Notes under the pieces: generated by a model | Seen by the model: the letters and a program-made list of their open reading frames with translations, nothing else | Database searches by the model: none | Told to the model about the DNA's origin: nothing | In this document: positions 23,948-34,067 of the stretch, piece after piece | Layout of the letters: each line of letters opens with the position of its first letter | How positions within the stretch are numbered: position 1 is the first letter of the stretch | Made by a program: the position numbers and the translations under genes | Assembly: GCF_001194135.2 (NCBI RefSeq) | Contig: NC_068989.1 | Span: 31,688,846 to 31,722,912, forward strand | Source of the DNA: Octopus bimaculoides | Lineage: Eukaryota | Length of the DNA stretch: 34,067 nt | Direction: 5' to 3'

Positions 23948-23991
23948 TAATAAAAATTCTCATATTTTCCATGTTCTGTCATTCTCTTTAA

Positions 23992-24022
<31 letters not shown>

Positions 24023-24059
24023 TGCACACAAATATATATATTTATGTATGTGTCTTTGT

Positions 24060-24262
24060 GTCTATGTTTGTTCCTCAATCACTGCTTGACAACTGGTGTT
24101 GGTGTATTTGCATCCCCATAACTTAGCAGTTCAGCAAAAGAGACCAGTAGAATAAGTACTAGGCTTAATAAAAAAAAAGTCCTGGAGTCGATTTGTTCAA
24201 CTAAAACCCTTCAAGACAGTGCTCCAGCATGGTCACAGTCAAATGACTGAAACAAGTAGAGA
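24060..24262 (+). mobile_element. SINE body and tail, 5' head lost to microsatellite
   Basis: AATAAGTACTAGG...GTCGATTTGTTC...GTGCTCCAGCATGG resembles the core and tail of the other SINEs. Confidence 0.55.
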
Positions 24263-24734
24263 CTAAAAAAAAAGTTTAAAAAGTATGTTACATTAAAGAT
24301 ACAACTATATTCCATTTTACTCTTTCCATTAAAGATCTTTCATATTCTCATACCAATTTCTTGCAGTTAGTTTGAAATAGGAAAGTTTCTAAATCCATAT
24401 TCAAGCACATATAAACATATACAAACACACACACACATCTATGCTCATACATATACCCATATGTACAGTAATGCATACACATACATACAAATACACATGT
24501 AAAACCATAATGGCAAAAATATTACTAATAGTAGTAGTGACTACAGAGCTATAACAAGAAAATAATGAAAAAGTCCAAAGAGTGCCAGAGTACAATATAA
24601 TATTCAGTACAAAATGCAAAAAAGTATATACTAGAATGTATGGGTCAATATCAAAAGAAATATTATCCAACTAACATATAAGGGCAGTGATTACCATCCT
24701 AGTATTTAACAGTTGCAGCAACAATCAAAAGTAA

Positions 24735-25105
24735 TATTAAGTATGAAGAAAAGCACTCAGAGAGCGCAAACCTCCGCCAAGGCAACACCAACATCCTCTC
24801 AACGATTAGCCAGAAATGATTTTTTAAATGAGAATATCTGAAATGAACTTGACTGCTCTCACAAACGAGAATACTAAAAATGAACTCGACCACTCTCAAA
24901 AATTAAGTAAAAAAAATGGAAAAATAATCCAGAATTCTTGTCCGGCACCAGATCGATCCCAAGATCTAATCAGTTTGTACCAGTCACAAAGCCAAACATC
25001 CCTGAAAGTTTCATCTAAATCCATCCAGTAGTTCTTGAGATATCTTGTCCACAGACAAACAAACAAACACAACAGAAAACAATACCGCTAAAGCGGAGGT
25101 AATAA
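24735..25105 (+). mobile_element. Helentron-associated non-autonomous element (HINE/DINE-1-like)
   Basis: Subterminal inverted repeat ACCTCCGC (24770) / GCGGAGGT (25093), 3' stem-loop CCGCT-AA-AGCGG, and (CAAA)n just upstream of the 3' end. Confidence 0.6.
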
Positions 25106-25961
25106 GATAGAGGAACATTTTGAAACTACTTTATCTCTCTCAATGATACAGAATATTTTTTTGACATGAAGTATATTTAAATATACATATTAAATGTGTA
25201 TGGGGAGGACTCGAGATGATAAATATCAACTTAACATGAATAAATTACTGAAATTGTAAAATTAAAATGACAGCAAAATGTTTCCATGACGATGATGATG
25301 ATGATATCAATGATGATTACAATGATGATAACAATAAAAATAGTTATAATAAACTATATAGTAATAAGAAAAAGAACAAATAAGATAAGAAATAAGAGGA
25401 GCAGGTGTAATGGGTAGTAGATGTAATTTACTTAATAAACACAATTCAAACACTAGATGTTGGGCAAGGAGTTTATGGATAGGATAATGGAGTTATATCC
25501 AAAAATAAATATTGGATGTTCCTAAGAATATATGAAAATAAGATCTATACTGGTAGATTACCTATTAGTACATATTCTTACTCTACATTCAGTGAAAGGG
25601 ACATGTATCAATTCTATAAAATAAGCACATTAACTGATGCCTACAACTGACAACAAATTTTTACACTCGCTAAGTAGATGCTGGTTATCGTTCATAATAA
25701 CAGCCATTGCCTCACATATACATAGTTGAAAATTGTAACCTGCCCTTCAATTAGGAATAGCAGAATCAACAAAAGATCATTGGAATTTGAATATCACCTC
25801 AGCTAATGAAACAGACAATTAAGTCTATCATTATTACGTGATGACACACAGAGATGCATCCCTTCACAAAGTTAGGAGTTGAATCTATGTAATACTTTTT
25901 ACCATGCATCTATATACATTTTTATTCATATTATTCCTATCCAAAGGACAAACCAACAGCT

Positions 25962-26520
25962 GTCCTCTTATCTTCAAACAATCAGACTGTCTTTAACAGC
26001 ATGTCTGTTTTGAATAATTTCTGACTCTTGAAATTATTTCCCCTTGTCTGAAGTTGGTACCAATTACGACTAAATGTTTGGTCAACCCTCTCTGGGAGAG
26101 TAGAACGTTTCAATAAATCAAAAATTTATCTTGCATATTATTTAATATATCTTTATTTGACAGTACTGTTCAAATGCATGCCTTTGGTCACTCTAAGTTA
26201 TTTTTCTTAGCTCATTTTTATTGCATTTCTGCAGTTTACTTAGGTGATAACTTGTTCTACTATTTTTGTACCTGTGTGTTTCATCTACTGAATGAAGATA
26301 AGATAGGACAATCACTGTGCTGAGGATATCTATTAAAGAAGAAACATAATTCCACATGTGTCCTTTTGTCTTCAGATAATCATATTGGCTTTTCCTTAAT
26401 GGTATGTCAATTTTGGTGAATTATTGATTCTTGAGATTATCTCCTCTTCTCATTTGGAGTTCATACAAATTGCAACTGAGCTTTATACCCTCTCAGGAAA
26501 AAGAGGCAGTTTCAATAAAT
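25962..26520. repeat. Diverged direct repeat pair (~160 bp, period ~398 bp)
   Basis: 25962-26118 aligns by eye to 26360-26520 (GTCCT.TT.TCTTCA ... ACCCTCTC ... GTTTCAATAAAT). Confidence 0.7.
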
Positions 26521-26669
26521 AAAGAATTCATCCTTTATGTTATTTAATATATTCTTAATTGTCATTGTTGTTCAAATGTATATCATTGCCCTTAGCTCAT
26601 TTTCATTTCATGTGTGTGTGTGTTAATATATACGTATGTGTGAATGTATGTATGCAATTTATATATATA

Positions 26670-26718
26670 CATCATCATCATTTAACATCCATTTTCCATG
26701 CTGGCATGGGTTGGACAG
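26670..26718 (-). mobile_element. Extreme 3' tail of RTE-2 type
   Basis: CATCATCATCATTTAACATCCATTTTCCATGCTGGCATGGGTTGGAC. Confidence 0.75.
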
Positions 26719-26745
26719 TTAGTGTGTGTGTGTGTGTTTATAAGC

Positions 26746-26798
<53 letters not shown>

Positions 26799-26953
26799 TA
26801 ATAAGAGGAGGGATATAATATCCAGACAGATACCAAATCTAACTGAATAAAATGCCAAGGCTGGTTCCTTCTGATGGTGCATTTTTAGTAATCTTTCTTT
26901 AGCACTCATCCGATGTTCCATTTTATTTCTTGCCTACTCAGAGTGTAAAGTAC

Positions 26954-27410
26954 AATACTGATAATAAGGAGAATAAAGAATTTGAACATTCAAACTTTAT
27001 GCTTATTTCCAGTTAGGTTATTCATAATAATAGCCTGACACGTGTTTTGGTTGCATCAACTGCATATTGTTGCATATTGATATGCAACGATTTATGCATT
27101 ATTAGAACAATTTCTTCAGGGTATGACATTATTCGAAGAGGAATTTTCTTCTGCTGTTAGTTTGAATCAGGTTTGGTAGTAGTACACCTTGGCATTCTTC
27201 TGTGAGATGTTTTTCTCAACTGATTGTTTGGGAAAAATTCAGTAGCAGTAGCAACAATGTTTGTTAAAGTTAGCAACTGTTCTTGGCTAGGCAGGGAGTG
27301 GTTACTTATAGAATACTTATTTTTGATTGATTCTACATTTGATGGATTTCAGAGTTGATTGTATTATTTGAATTAATAGTAGTAGTGGATAATTACTAAG
27401 CAATAAGAAC
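26954..27410 (-). mobile_element. Inverted Penelope-like terminal segment
   Basis: 26954-27046 is the diverged reverse complement of 28663-28755. Decayed hammerhead-like CTGAAGA(27119-27113)...AAAAC-ACGT-GTC. Confidence 0.6.
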
Positions 27411-27414
27411 CACG

Positions 27415-28755
27415 TGGTTAAAATAAATAACTAAGAACTATAAGAATGGATAAATATGAATTAACTGACAGAACTGAACCATATGAACAAGAACTGCATA
27501 CATTAACCTTAAAGATCATAAACCTAATATCACAACAAACCCCACAGTTAGACACATTTGCCCCTCTAAATTAGGTTTAGGTAAAGTTGGTAAACACATC
27601 ATCGATAAGTATATTCATACTCTTAAGAATACCATTAGACTAAAACTATGGTCTAGTTCATTAGAAGTAATTAAATAATTCAATAATATTCCTAATGAAT
27701 TCCTGCAAATAGATATCTTGAATTATTACACTTCAATTAACCCTATTCAACTTAATAAAGCATTAATTTATGCAATGAATAATTCAGGTTGAAATAGAAA
27801 TGAGGTAGATGTTATCTTAACAGCTAGAAAGTTAATCATTAAATTTGAAGATAAATATTGGATTAGGAAAGGTCGGCCAGATTTGTTTGACATAACTGTG
27901 GGTTCAATAGATTCAGTGCAAGTAACAGATTTAGTCAGAATCTATATACTAGCATGCATTAATAGGGAATTCCCTCAAGTTGGAGGAGGACTATATATAG
28001 AAATGATGTGCTTTTCACACTGACTAACCCTTCAAATAGACATATAGAAAAATATGGAAAAAATTCTTCGAAAACTTAGGTCTTAGCATATCGATTGAAG
28101 AGAAACATAATTCAGTAAACTTCGTAGATATAACACTGGATCTTAAATCAAAAATTTACTGACCATACCACAAATCCAACGTAAACCTCAAATATATAAA
28201 CATAAATAGTAACCACCCAGCTAGCATAACGCACAAACTAGTGGAAAATATTTAAACCTGTATCTTTAATCTCTCTGCTAATGAAGAAATTTTAAAACTA
28301 AATATAGATTATTCCAATACAGCTCTAGAAAAAGCAGTGTATAGGAAGAAATTGAAATTTTGTAAAGCTAATAACATTGAAGATAAACATAATACAGCCC
28401 AAATCAACTCAGGGGCCAACAATAATGATAGGATAGTTAGTTCTAATAACAAAACTAAAGACCATGGAAAAGAAACTAAAGTGGATAGGAAAATTAGAAA
28501 TAAGGATATGGTTAATGATTGTAACAAACATAAATAAAAATTATAACTCTAATAATGGAAGACTGATGTCAAACCACAAGCACAACAATCTAAAGAATAA
28601 CAAAATACAACGTTCTAATAATGTAAAGAGCTGTAACAATGACTTTAACACCTGGTACAGTCAATACATGTGTCGGACTATTATTATGAATAAACTAACT
28701 GGAAATAAACAAAGTTAGAATGTTCAAATTCTTCATTCTCTTTATTATCAATATT
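27415..28755 (+). mobile_element. Penelope-like reverse transcriptase fragment with Asn-rich tail and no visible GIY-YIG
   Basis: With frameshifts: KDHKPN, LQIDILNYYTSI, FDITVGSIDSVQVTDLV, GGGLY(R)DD-like, VNFVDITLDL, YININSNHPASI. Confidence 0.85.
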
Positions 28756-28772
28756 ACATATATATATATATA

Positions 28773-28803
<31 letters not shown>

Positions 28804-28816
28804 GTATATATAAAGT

Positions 28817-29211
28817 GGAGGCGCAATGGCCCAGTGGTTAGGGCAGTGGACTCACAGTCATAGGATCGCGGTTTTGATTCCCAGACCGGGCGTTGTAAGT
28901 GTTTATGTGTTTATTGAGCGAAAACACCTAAAGCTCTACGAGGCTCTGGCATGAGGTGGTGGCGAACCCTGCTGTACTCTTCCACCACAACTTTCTCTCA
29001 CTCTTACTTCCTGTTTCTGTTGTGCCTGTAATTCAAAGGGTCAGCCTTGTCACACTATGTCACGCTGAATATCCCCGAGAACTACGTTAAAGGTACATGT
29101 GTCTGTGGAGTGCTCAGCCACTTGCACGTTAATTTCACGAGCAGGCTGTTCCGTTGATCGGATTAACTGGAATCCACGACGTCGTAAGCAACGGAGTGCC
29201 AACAACAACAA
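28817..29211 (+). mobile_element. Full-length tRNA-derived SINE with (CAA)n tail
   Basis: A box TGGCCCAGTGG, B box GGTTTTGATTCC, about 320-bp body, CAACAACAACAA tail. Confidence 0.85.
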
Positions 29212-29253
29212 TATATATAAAATGAGGGAAGTCCATTCATTTTCAACATGTTT

Positions 29254-29288
<35 letters not shown>

Positions 29289-29512
29289 TGTATCTATGTA
29301 TATATGAATGTATGCATGTTTGCTTGTATGTATTTTAATTTCATCTTCATTTTTTTGCTCTGTTGGTACTCTTGCCAGTACCCTTGTTTGGGACATTCTA
29401 AATCTAAATATATTTGTACATTAGTCAAAAGTGGCAAAATATGAATGTTGGTAATATAATTATAATCAAAACAGAAAAAGATTGTGACTGTCAAAATAAA
29501 GGTGGGGGTGAA

Positions 29513-30347
29513 NNNNNNNNNNNNNNNNNNNNNNNNNNNNNNNNNNNNNNNNNNNNNNNNNNNNNNNNNNNNNNNNNNNNNNNNNNNNNNNNNNNNNNNN
29601 NNNNNNNNNNNNNNNNNNNNNNNNNNNNNNNNNNNNNNNNNNNNNNNNNNNNNNNNNNNNNNNNNNNNNNNNNNNNNNNNNNNNNNNNNNNNNNNNNNNN
29701 NNNNNNNNNNNNNNNNNNNNNNNNNNNNNNNNNNNNNNNNNNNNNNNNNNNNNNNNNNNNNNNNNNNNNNNNNNNNNNNNNNNNNNNNNNNNNNNNNNNN
29801 NNNNNNNNNNNNNNNNNNNNNNNNNNNNNNNNNNNNNNNNNNNNNNNNNNNNNNNNNNNNNNNNNNNNNNNNNNNNNNNNNNNNNNNNNNNNNNNNNNNN
29901 NNNNNNNNNNNNNNNNNNNNNNNNNNNNNNNNNNNNNNNNNNNNNNNNNNNNNNNNNNNNNNNNNNNNNNNNNNNNNNNNNNNNNNNNNNNNNNNNNNNN
30001 NNNNNNNNNNNNNNNNNNNNNNNNNNNNNNNNNNNNNNNNNNNNNNNNNNNNNNNNNNNNNNNNNNNNNNNNNNNNNNNNNNNNNNNNNNNNNNNNNNNN
30101 NNNNNNNNNNNNNNNNNNNNNNNNNNNNNNNNNNNNNNNNNNNNNNNNNNNNNNNNNNNNNNNNNNNNNNNNNNNNNNNNNNNNNNNNNNNNNNNNNNNN
30201 NNNNNNNNNNNNNNNNNNNNNNNNNNNNNNNNNNNNNNNNNNNNNNNNNNNNNNNNNNNNNNNNNNNNNNNNNNNNNNNNNNNNNNNNNNNNNNNNNNNN
30301 NNNNNNNNNNNNNNNNNNNNNNNNNNNNNNNNNNNNNNNNNNNNNNN
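29513..30347. other. Assembly gap (others: 1381-1608, 5596-5741, 6559-7043, 7658-7667, 33526-33535)
   Basis: N runs. Confidence 1.
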
Positions 30348-30530
30348 TAAACTTATCAATAATAAAAACAGAATGTATCAAATTAAAAATATTCTATAAA
30401 CTCATATAGTAAGGTGACATGATCTTAAATGGTGAGGTGAACTGATCTTAAATGAACTAAAAAAAAAAAATGAAGCACTGCTTAGAGCTAAACACAGTCA
30501 TTGTTTTTTTTAAAATTCAGAGAACATAAA

Positions 30531-30746
30531 GGCAGCGAGCTGGCAGAAATGTTAGCACACCAGATGAAATGCTTAGCAGTATTTCGGCTGTGTTTATGTT
30601 CTGAGTTCAAATTCCGCTAAGGTCAACTTTGCTTTTCATCCTTTTGTGGTCGATAAATTAAATACAAGTTTCATACTGAGGTCGATCTAATCGACTGCCC
30701 CCACTCCCCCAAAATTTTGGGCCTTCTACCTAGAGTAGAAAAGAAT
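30531..30746 (+). mobile_element. tRNA-derived SINE with 16-bp TSD (core resembles Deu/Nin-domain SINEs)
   Basis: TSD ATTCAGAGAACATAAA at 30515-30530 and 30747-30762. B box GAGTTCAAATTCC, core TTTCATCCTTTTGTGGTCGATAAATT. Domain name is from recall. Confidence 0.9.
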
Positions 30747-31882
30747 ATTCAGAGAACATAAATCAACCAGTAGAGCAAAATATATCTTCAAAAGATAAAA
30801 ATGCATTCTATCAAGGAAATTTTTCAAACTAACAACTAGGAATAATCTAAAGAAAAGAGAGCTCATTAAAATACATTTACAAAAACAATCAATAAATCTC
30901 AAACACTTAAGTTTAGAACTTTGAAATTTGTGCACTGATGATTAATAAATGATTAACATAACAATATGTACTATTGTTATGTTGCATGGCTAAGACAATT
31001 ATTATCTGAAAATTGAGAATGAAAGCAGAATAGAAATACAATCTTAAACATTAGGTAAAGAAAAAGGAGGATATATTCCTCTTCTTTGAGAAGTATTTCA
31101 ATGTAAGTCAATACTTAAACTTTGTAGAGAGTCAACTGATTGGAGCTAAAAGTATTTTCTCACTCTTCGGGCCGTAATTACAAATTGAACCAGAAAAATA
31201 AAATCTGTAGCATTTTAATCTAACAAAAAATAGCCCCTACAGAAACATGTACAAAGTTGATAAAATTATTGTAGCACTTCTGACAGTGTTTTCTTATATA
31301 CGTTCAATCTTGATGCTCATTCATTGCTATCTTAGTGTTGTAAAAAAAAGCAACAGCATAACAGTAGTAAAATATAAATCTATAACCACAAAAGTTTAGC
31401 ATCCTGTTTGTCAATTGTTCTCAACTTTGTAAAGAATGCTAATTGAAGCAGAAACAGATCAAAGAATAACAGAAATAAACACTGCTGAATAATTAAAATT
31501 TGTGTAAGTTAGATAACAGTTAAAGGCAAATAGACCAAATAACTGATCTTTGCATTGAGCCAAGACAGTTTAGCAAGAGTATCCAACTGCCCTTGTAAAA
31601 GTTCAGAGTGCCCTTTATACTTCATATCTCAAGTGAATATATTCAGAAAGCAAGCTCCTTGCTCATAAGGATTTTGGTTATAAGTTCAAACTAACAAATA
31701 AGTTAAGTAAATAAAATGAAATTTTTTCCATCTATATTTTCTTTAAAACAGATAAGTAAATGATGGTTGGTTACTGTTGCTAATCTATATATTTCCACTT
31801 CCTGTTATAAACAGTACATCTTAACTTAATATTTACATAGATTTACCCAAGCAAGACAAATATTTTTAGAGATATCTATTAC

Positions 31883-32017
31883 CATCAAATGGGCTTCTTC
31901 AATCTTTTGCAACTGTGTTTTCAAATTGTCATTTTCTTCGCAGAGTACAATAGTACGTTCTTTGTTATTTTTTATCGTTTCACGACATTTACCCAGCAAA
32001 TTTTCAAGGCGTTTAAC
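31883..32017 (-). CDS. GOLGA4: GOLGA4-like gene, exon A (VKRLENLLGKCRETIKNNKERTIVLCEENDNLKTQLQKIEEAHLM)
   Basis: 135 nt, phase 0-0. Acceptor aatattttcag, donor gtaata. Matches recalled human GOLGA4 VKRQENLLKRCKETIQSHKE. Confidence 0.88.
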
Positions 32018-32208
32018 CTGAAAATATTCATAAAGATATAGAAATCAGTATTTTATTTTAGCCAACATAACTAAGACTGCTTACATCCAATGAAGAAAAT
32101 TAATGATATTTAAAATGAATTGATTTCAGTATTTGAAATCTATTATTAATTACTTCAGAAAAAACTAAATTCCTTCTTAGTAGGTTTCAAAGAATAGATG
32201 TATCAGAG

Positions 32209-33309
32209 CAGTGCTTCTAAAACTTTTTTCATTCATGAACCCATTTTTCATCATGAGATTTTTCGTGACCCCAAGTATTAAACATGAAATAAAACATACA
32301 AATAAATACATAAATCATTTATTTTTTTACTAAACAATACACATTTAAATAATGTAGTTATATTGTTTGTCAGAATAAAAGTAGTTTTAGGATTTGTTTG
32401 TGACAGATGTGCTTGTTTTTTGCTGCATAACAAATTAAACCTTGGTGTAATATTTGACACTGTTGGCTGTAAAGCATCTTCTACATTTTTCAGCGTTGAA
32501 CAATATTTGGTTTTAATAAGGGTTAAAGCTGAAAAACTCGATTCACATAGGTATGTGGTGCTAAATGACAAAAGAACATGTAATGCCATTTCAGAAATTG
32601 TGGGAAATTCAGCATTAGCTCCGATTTAGAATTCAGTCAAATATTTTTTTGTAAATTCAGGTTTCAAGTTTGAGTCATTAGATAGCTATGGCAGATGATT
32701 AATATCATCAATGTCAATTGAAAATGGTTTCTGAATCCAAGATAACTTTTTGAAATTAAAATTCAATATGAAGTATTTGTGAAACTGTGTTTCTAGGGTA
32801 TTTAAGTGGTCTATAATAATTGTTGCAATTTAATTTTTAAAATTATTCTTTTCAATTATAAAATAATCAATAACTGGAAACATTTTGAATGAATCATTTT
32901 TCACCCTATTCTTCTAAATGTTGATCCATATAATAAAACCTTTAATTTTATCATTCGAAGTAAACGTATCGCTTTTCTTTCCTTGAAGAGACAAGTTGAG
33001 ATCATTTAGTTTCTCAAAAATATCTGACAAATAGCATAAATTTGAAAGCCATAAGTCATTTTGAAAAAGTGTAGCAAGATCAGATTTTTGTTTGGTTAAA
33101 AATATAAGTTTGTCTTTTAATAACAATAATCTGTTTAAACTTTACCCTCTAAACACTTTACTTCTGTGTGTAATAATAAGTTTTTGCATTCTGAGTTCAT
33201 GTCTTTACAGAGATTTGAAAATAAACAGCTGTTAAGAGCACAGCTTTTAATAAAGTTTATAATTTTGATAATATCCTAAAGCATATCGTTTAATTCCAGT
33301 GCTATTTTT
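32209..33309 (-). mobile_element. hAT (Buster/Charlie-type) transposase 3' part, decayed
   Basis: DIIKIINFIKSCALNS, LLLHTEVK, YLSDIFEKLNDLNLSLQG, FSTTYLCESSFSAL (hAT dimerisation domain). TIR CAGTGCTTCTAAAACTTTT at 32209. Confidence 0.92.
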
Positions 33310-34067
33310 TGTGGTATGACGTCAGTGTCTGGGGAGGCTGACCGGAAGGGCGAGTTGACCGGAAGGGGAAAAAGGGCAGAGGGAGCCTCGATCAGCATTC
33401 GTGCCCTTTTCGAATGGGATTGTGGTCAGGACAAGACATGTTAAGCGACGGTCTAGGTTTGGGAGAGGCAGCTGCTATTCCTGGTGTACTTTGGGTCAGG
33501 GCAAGCTTCAAGGATTGGATACCGCNNNNNNNNNNCTGGTGTACTTTGGGTCAGGGCAAGCTTCAAGGATTGGATACCGCAAGACAGACTCGCAGTTGAG
33601 GAAAGGAAAACCGAGGTAAGGCGATTACATCTACTCGTACGGCCCCACGTGCAGAAATTCGCCGCAATGGCAGCCACCAAGATTAGGATCGCCAGCGATG
33701 TGATCAGGCCTTTTAATGGCGAAGGAGATGTGATGGCTTGGATACGAAAAATTAGGCTCGTTGCCAAGCAGCAAGGAATAAGTAATGTGGCGAGTCTCAT
33801 GGCTCTATACTTGGAAGGGAGCGCCCTGACCCTCTACCTAGAAATGGACGAGGAAGAAAGATTAAGTGCAGAGAACGTCGAATGGAGGTTGAGAGAAGCG
33901 TATACGGAGAGCGAGTACGCTGCCTTTGTAAAACTAGGAACGACTAGATGGTGGGGAGAACAGGTGGATGAGTATGCGGCGGAAGTGCGAAGACTGGCCA
34001 CACTGGCTGGGTTTACGGGAGAAGGCCTGGACAGAGCGGCGCAGCTGGCGTTTGTAAATGGATTCCC
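33310..34067 (+). mobile_element. Young Gypsy-like LTR retrotransposon 5' end, interrupting the hAT; runs off the window
   Basis: Abrupt shift to GC- and CpG-rich sequence at a TGT start (33310, or alternatively 33326), followed by an uninterrupted gag-like ORF. Confidence 0.7.
33667..34067 (+). CDS. Retrotransposon Gag-like ORF (partial, open to the window end)
   Basis: MAATKIRIASDVIRPFNGEGDVMAWIRKIRLVAKQQGISNVASLMALYLEGSALTLYLEM...EQVDEYAAEVRRLA...LAFVNGF: 133 codons with no stop. Absent from the supplied ORF track. Confidence 0.8.
   Translation, partial: MAATKIRIASDVIRPFNGEGDVMAWIRKIRLVAKQQGISNVASLMALYLEGSALTLYLEMDEEERLSAENVEWRLREAYTESEYAAFVKLGTTRWWGEQVDEYAAEVRRLATLAGFTGEGLDRAAQLAFVNGF

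Larger units (their letters stand above)
22094..23960 (+). mobile_element. Penelope-like element 3' end (GIY-YIG endonuclease plus pLTR), split by a Gypsy insertion
   Basis: IYKCALHTRGGQYVYIGVTADSFKNHYRNH...WSILRHAKPYYI|ATRRCRLCSEEALCILW reads in frame once 22320-23669 is removed. Confidence 0.9.

Noticed and set aside
24354-24359. Possible 6-nt microexon (ctaactgcaag|AAATTG|gtatga) on the minus strand
   Set aside because: AAG acceptor with no pyrimidine tract between branch point and AG, and it does not fix the phase problem. Expected by chance.
28817-28890. tRNA gene (also 21938 and 30531)
   Set aside because: The A and B boxes continue into SINE bodies with tails or TSDs, and there is no complete cloverleaf acceptor stem.
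29414-30409. Long ORFs in the supplied track (also 1326-1719 and 6525-7091)
   Set aside because: They are open only because they run through N gaps or microsatellites.
33481-33580. 45-bp exact tandem repeat in the LTR leader
   Set aside because: Same 10-N gap pattern, so probably an artefact rather than a real tandem enhancer repeat.

Overview
AT-rich animal genomic DNA, probably from an octopus or other cephalopod. That is an inference from the SINE and RTE families, the dense (TA)n/(CA)n repeats and the draft-assembly gaps. The only host gene I can support is a minus-strand GOLGA4 (golgin-245)-like coiled-coil gene. Three exons have clean GT-AG boundaries (31883-32017, 15908-16086, 10650-10769); splice phase requires at least one more exon that I could not find. 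The rest is intronic and packed with nested transposons: an RTE LINE ending in three C2H2 zinc fingers, split by a second RTE family whose RT carries a PHD-like insert; several Penelope-like fragments with minimal hammerhead ribozyme motifs and inverted ends; mariner, Tc1 and hAT remnants; two Gypsy elements; a Helentron-type non-autonomous element; and tRNA-derived SINEs. No rRNA, true tRNA or CRISPR features were seen. Family assignments come from recalled motifs and manual translation, not database searches.
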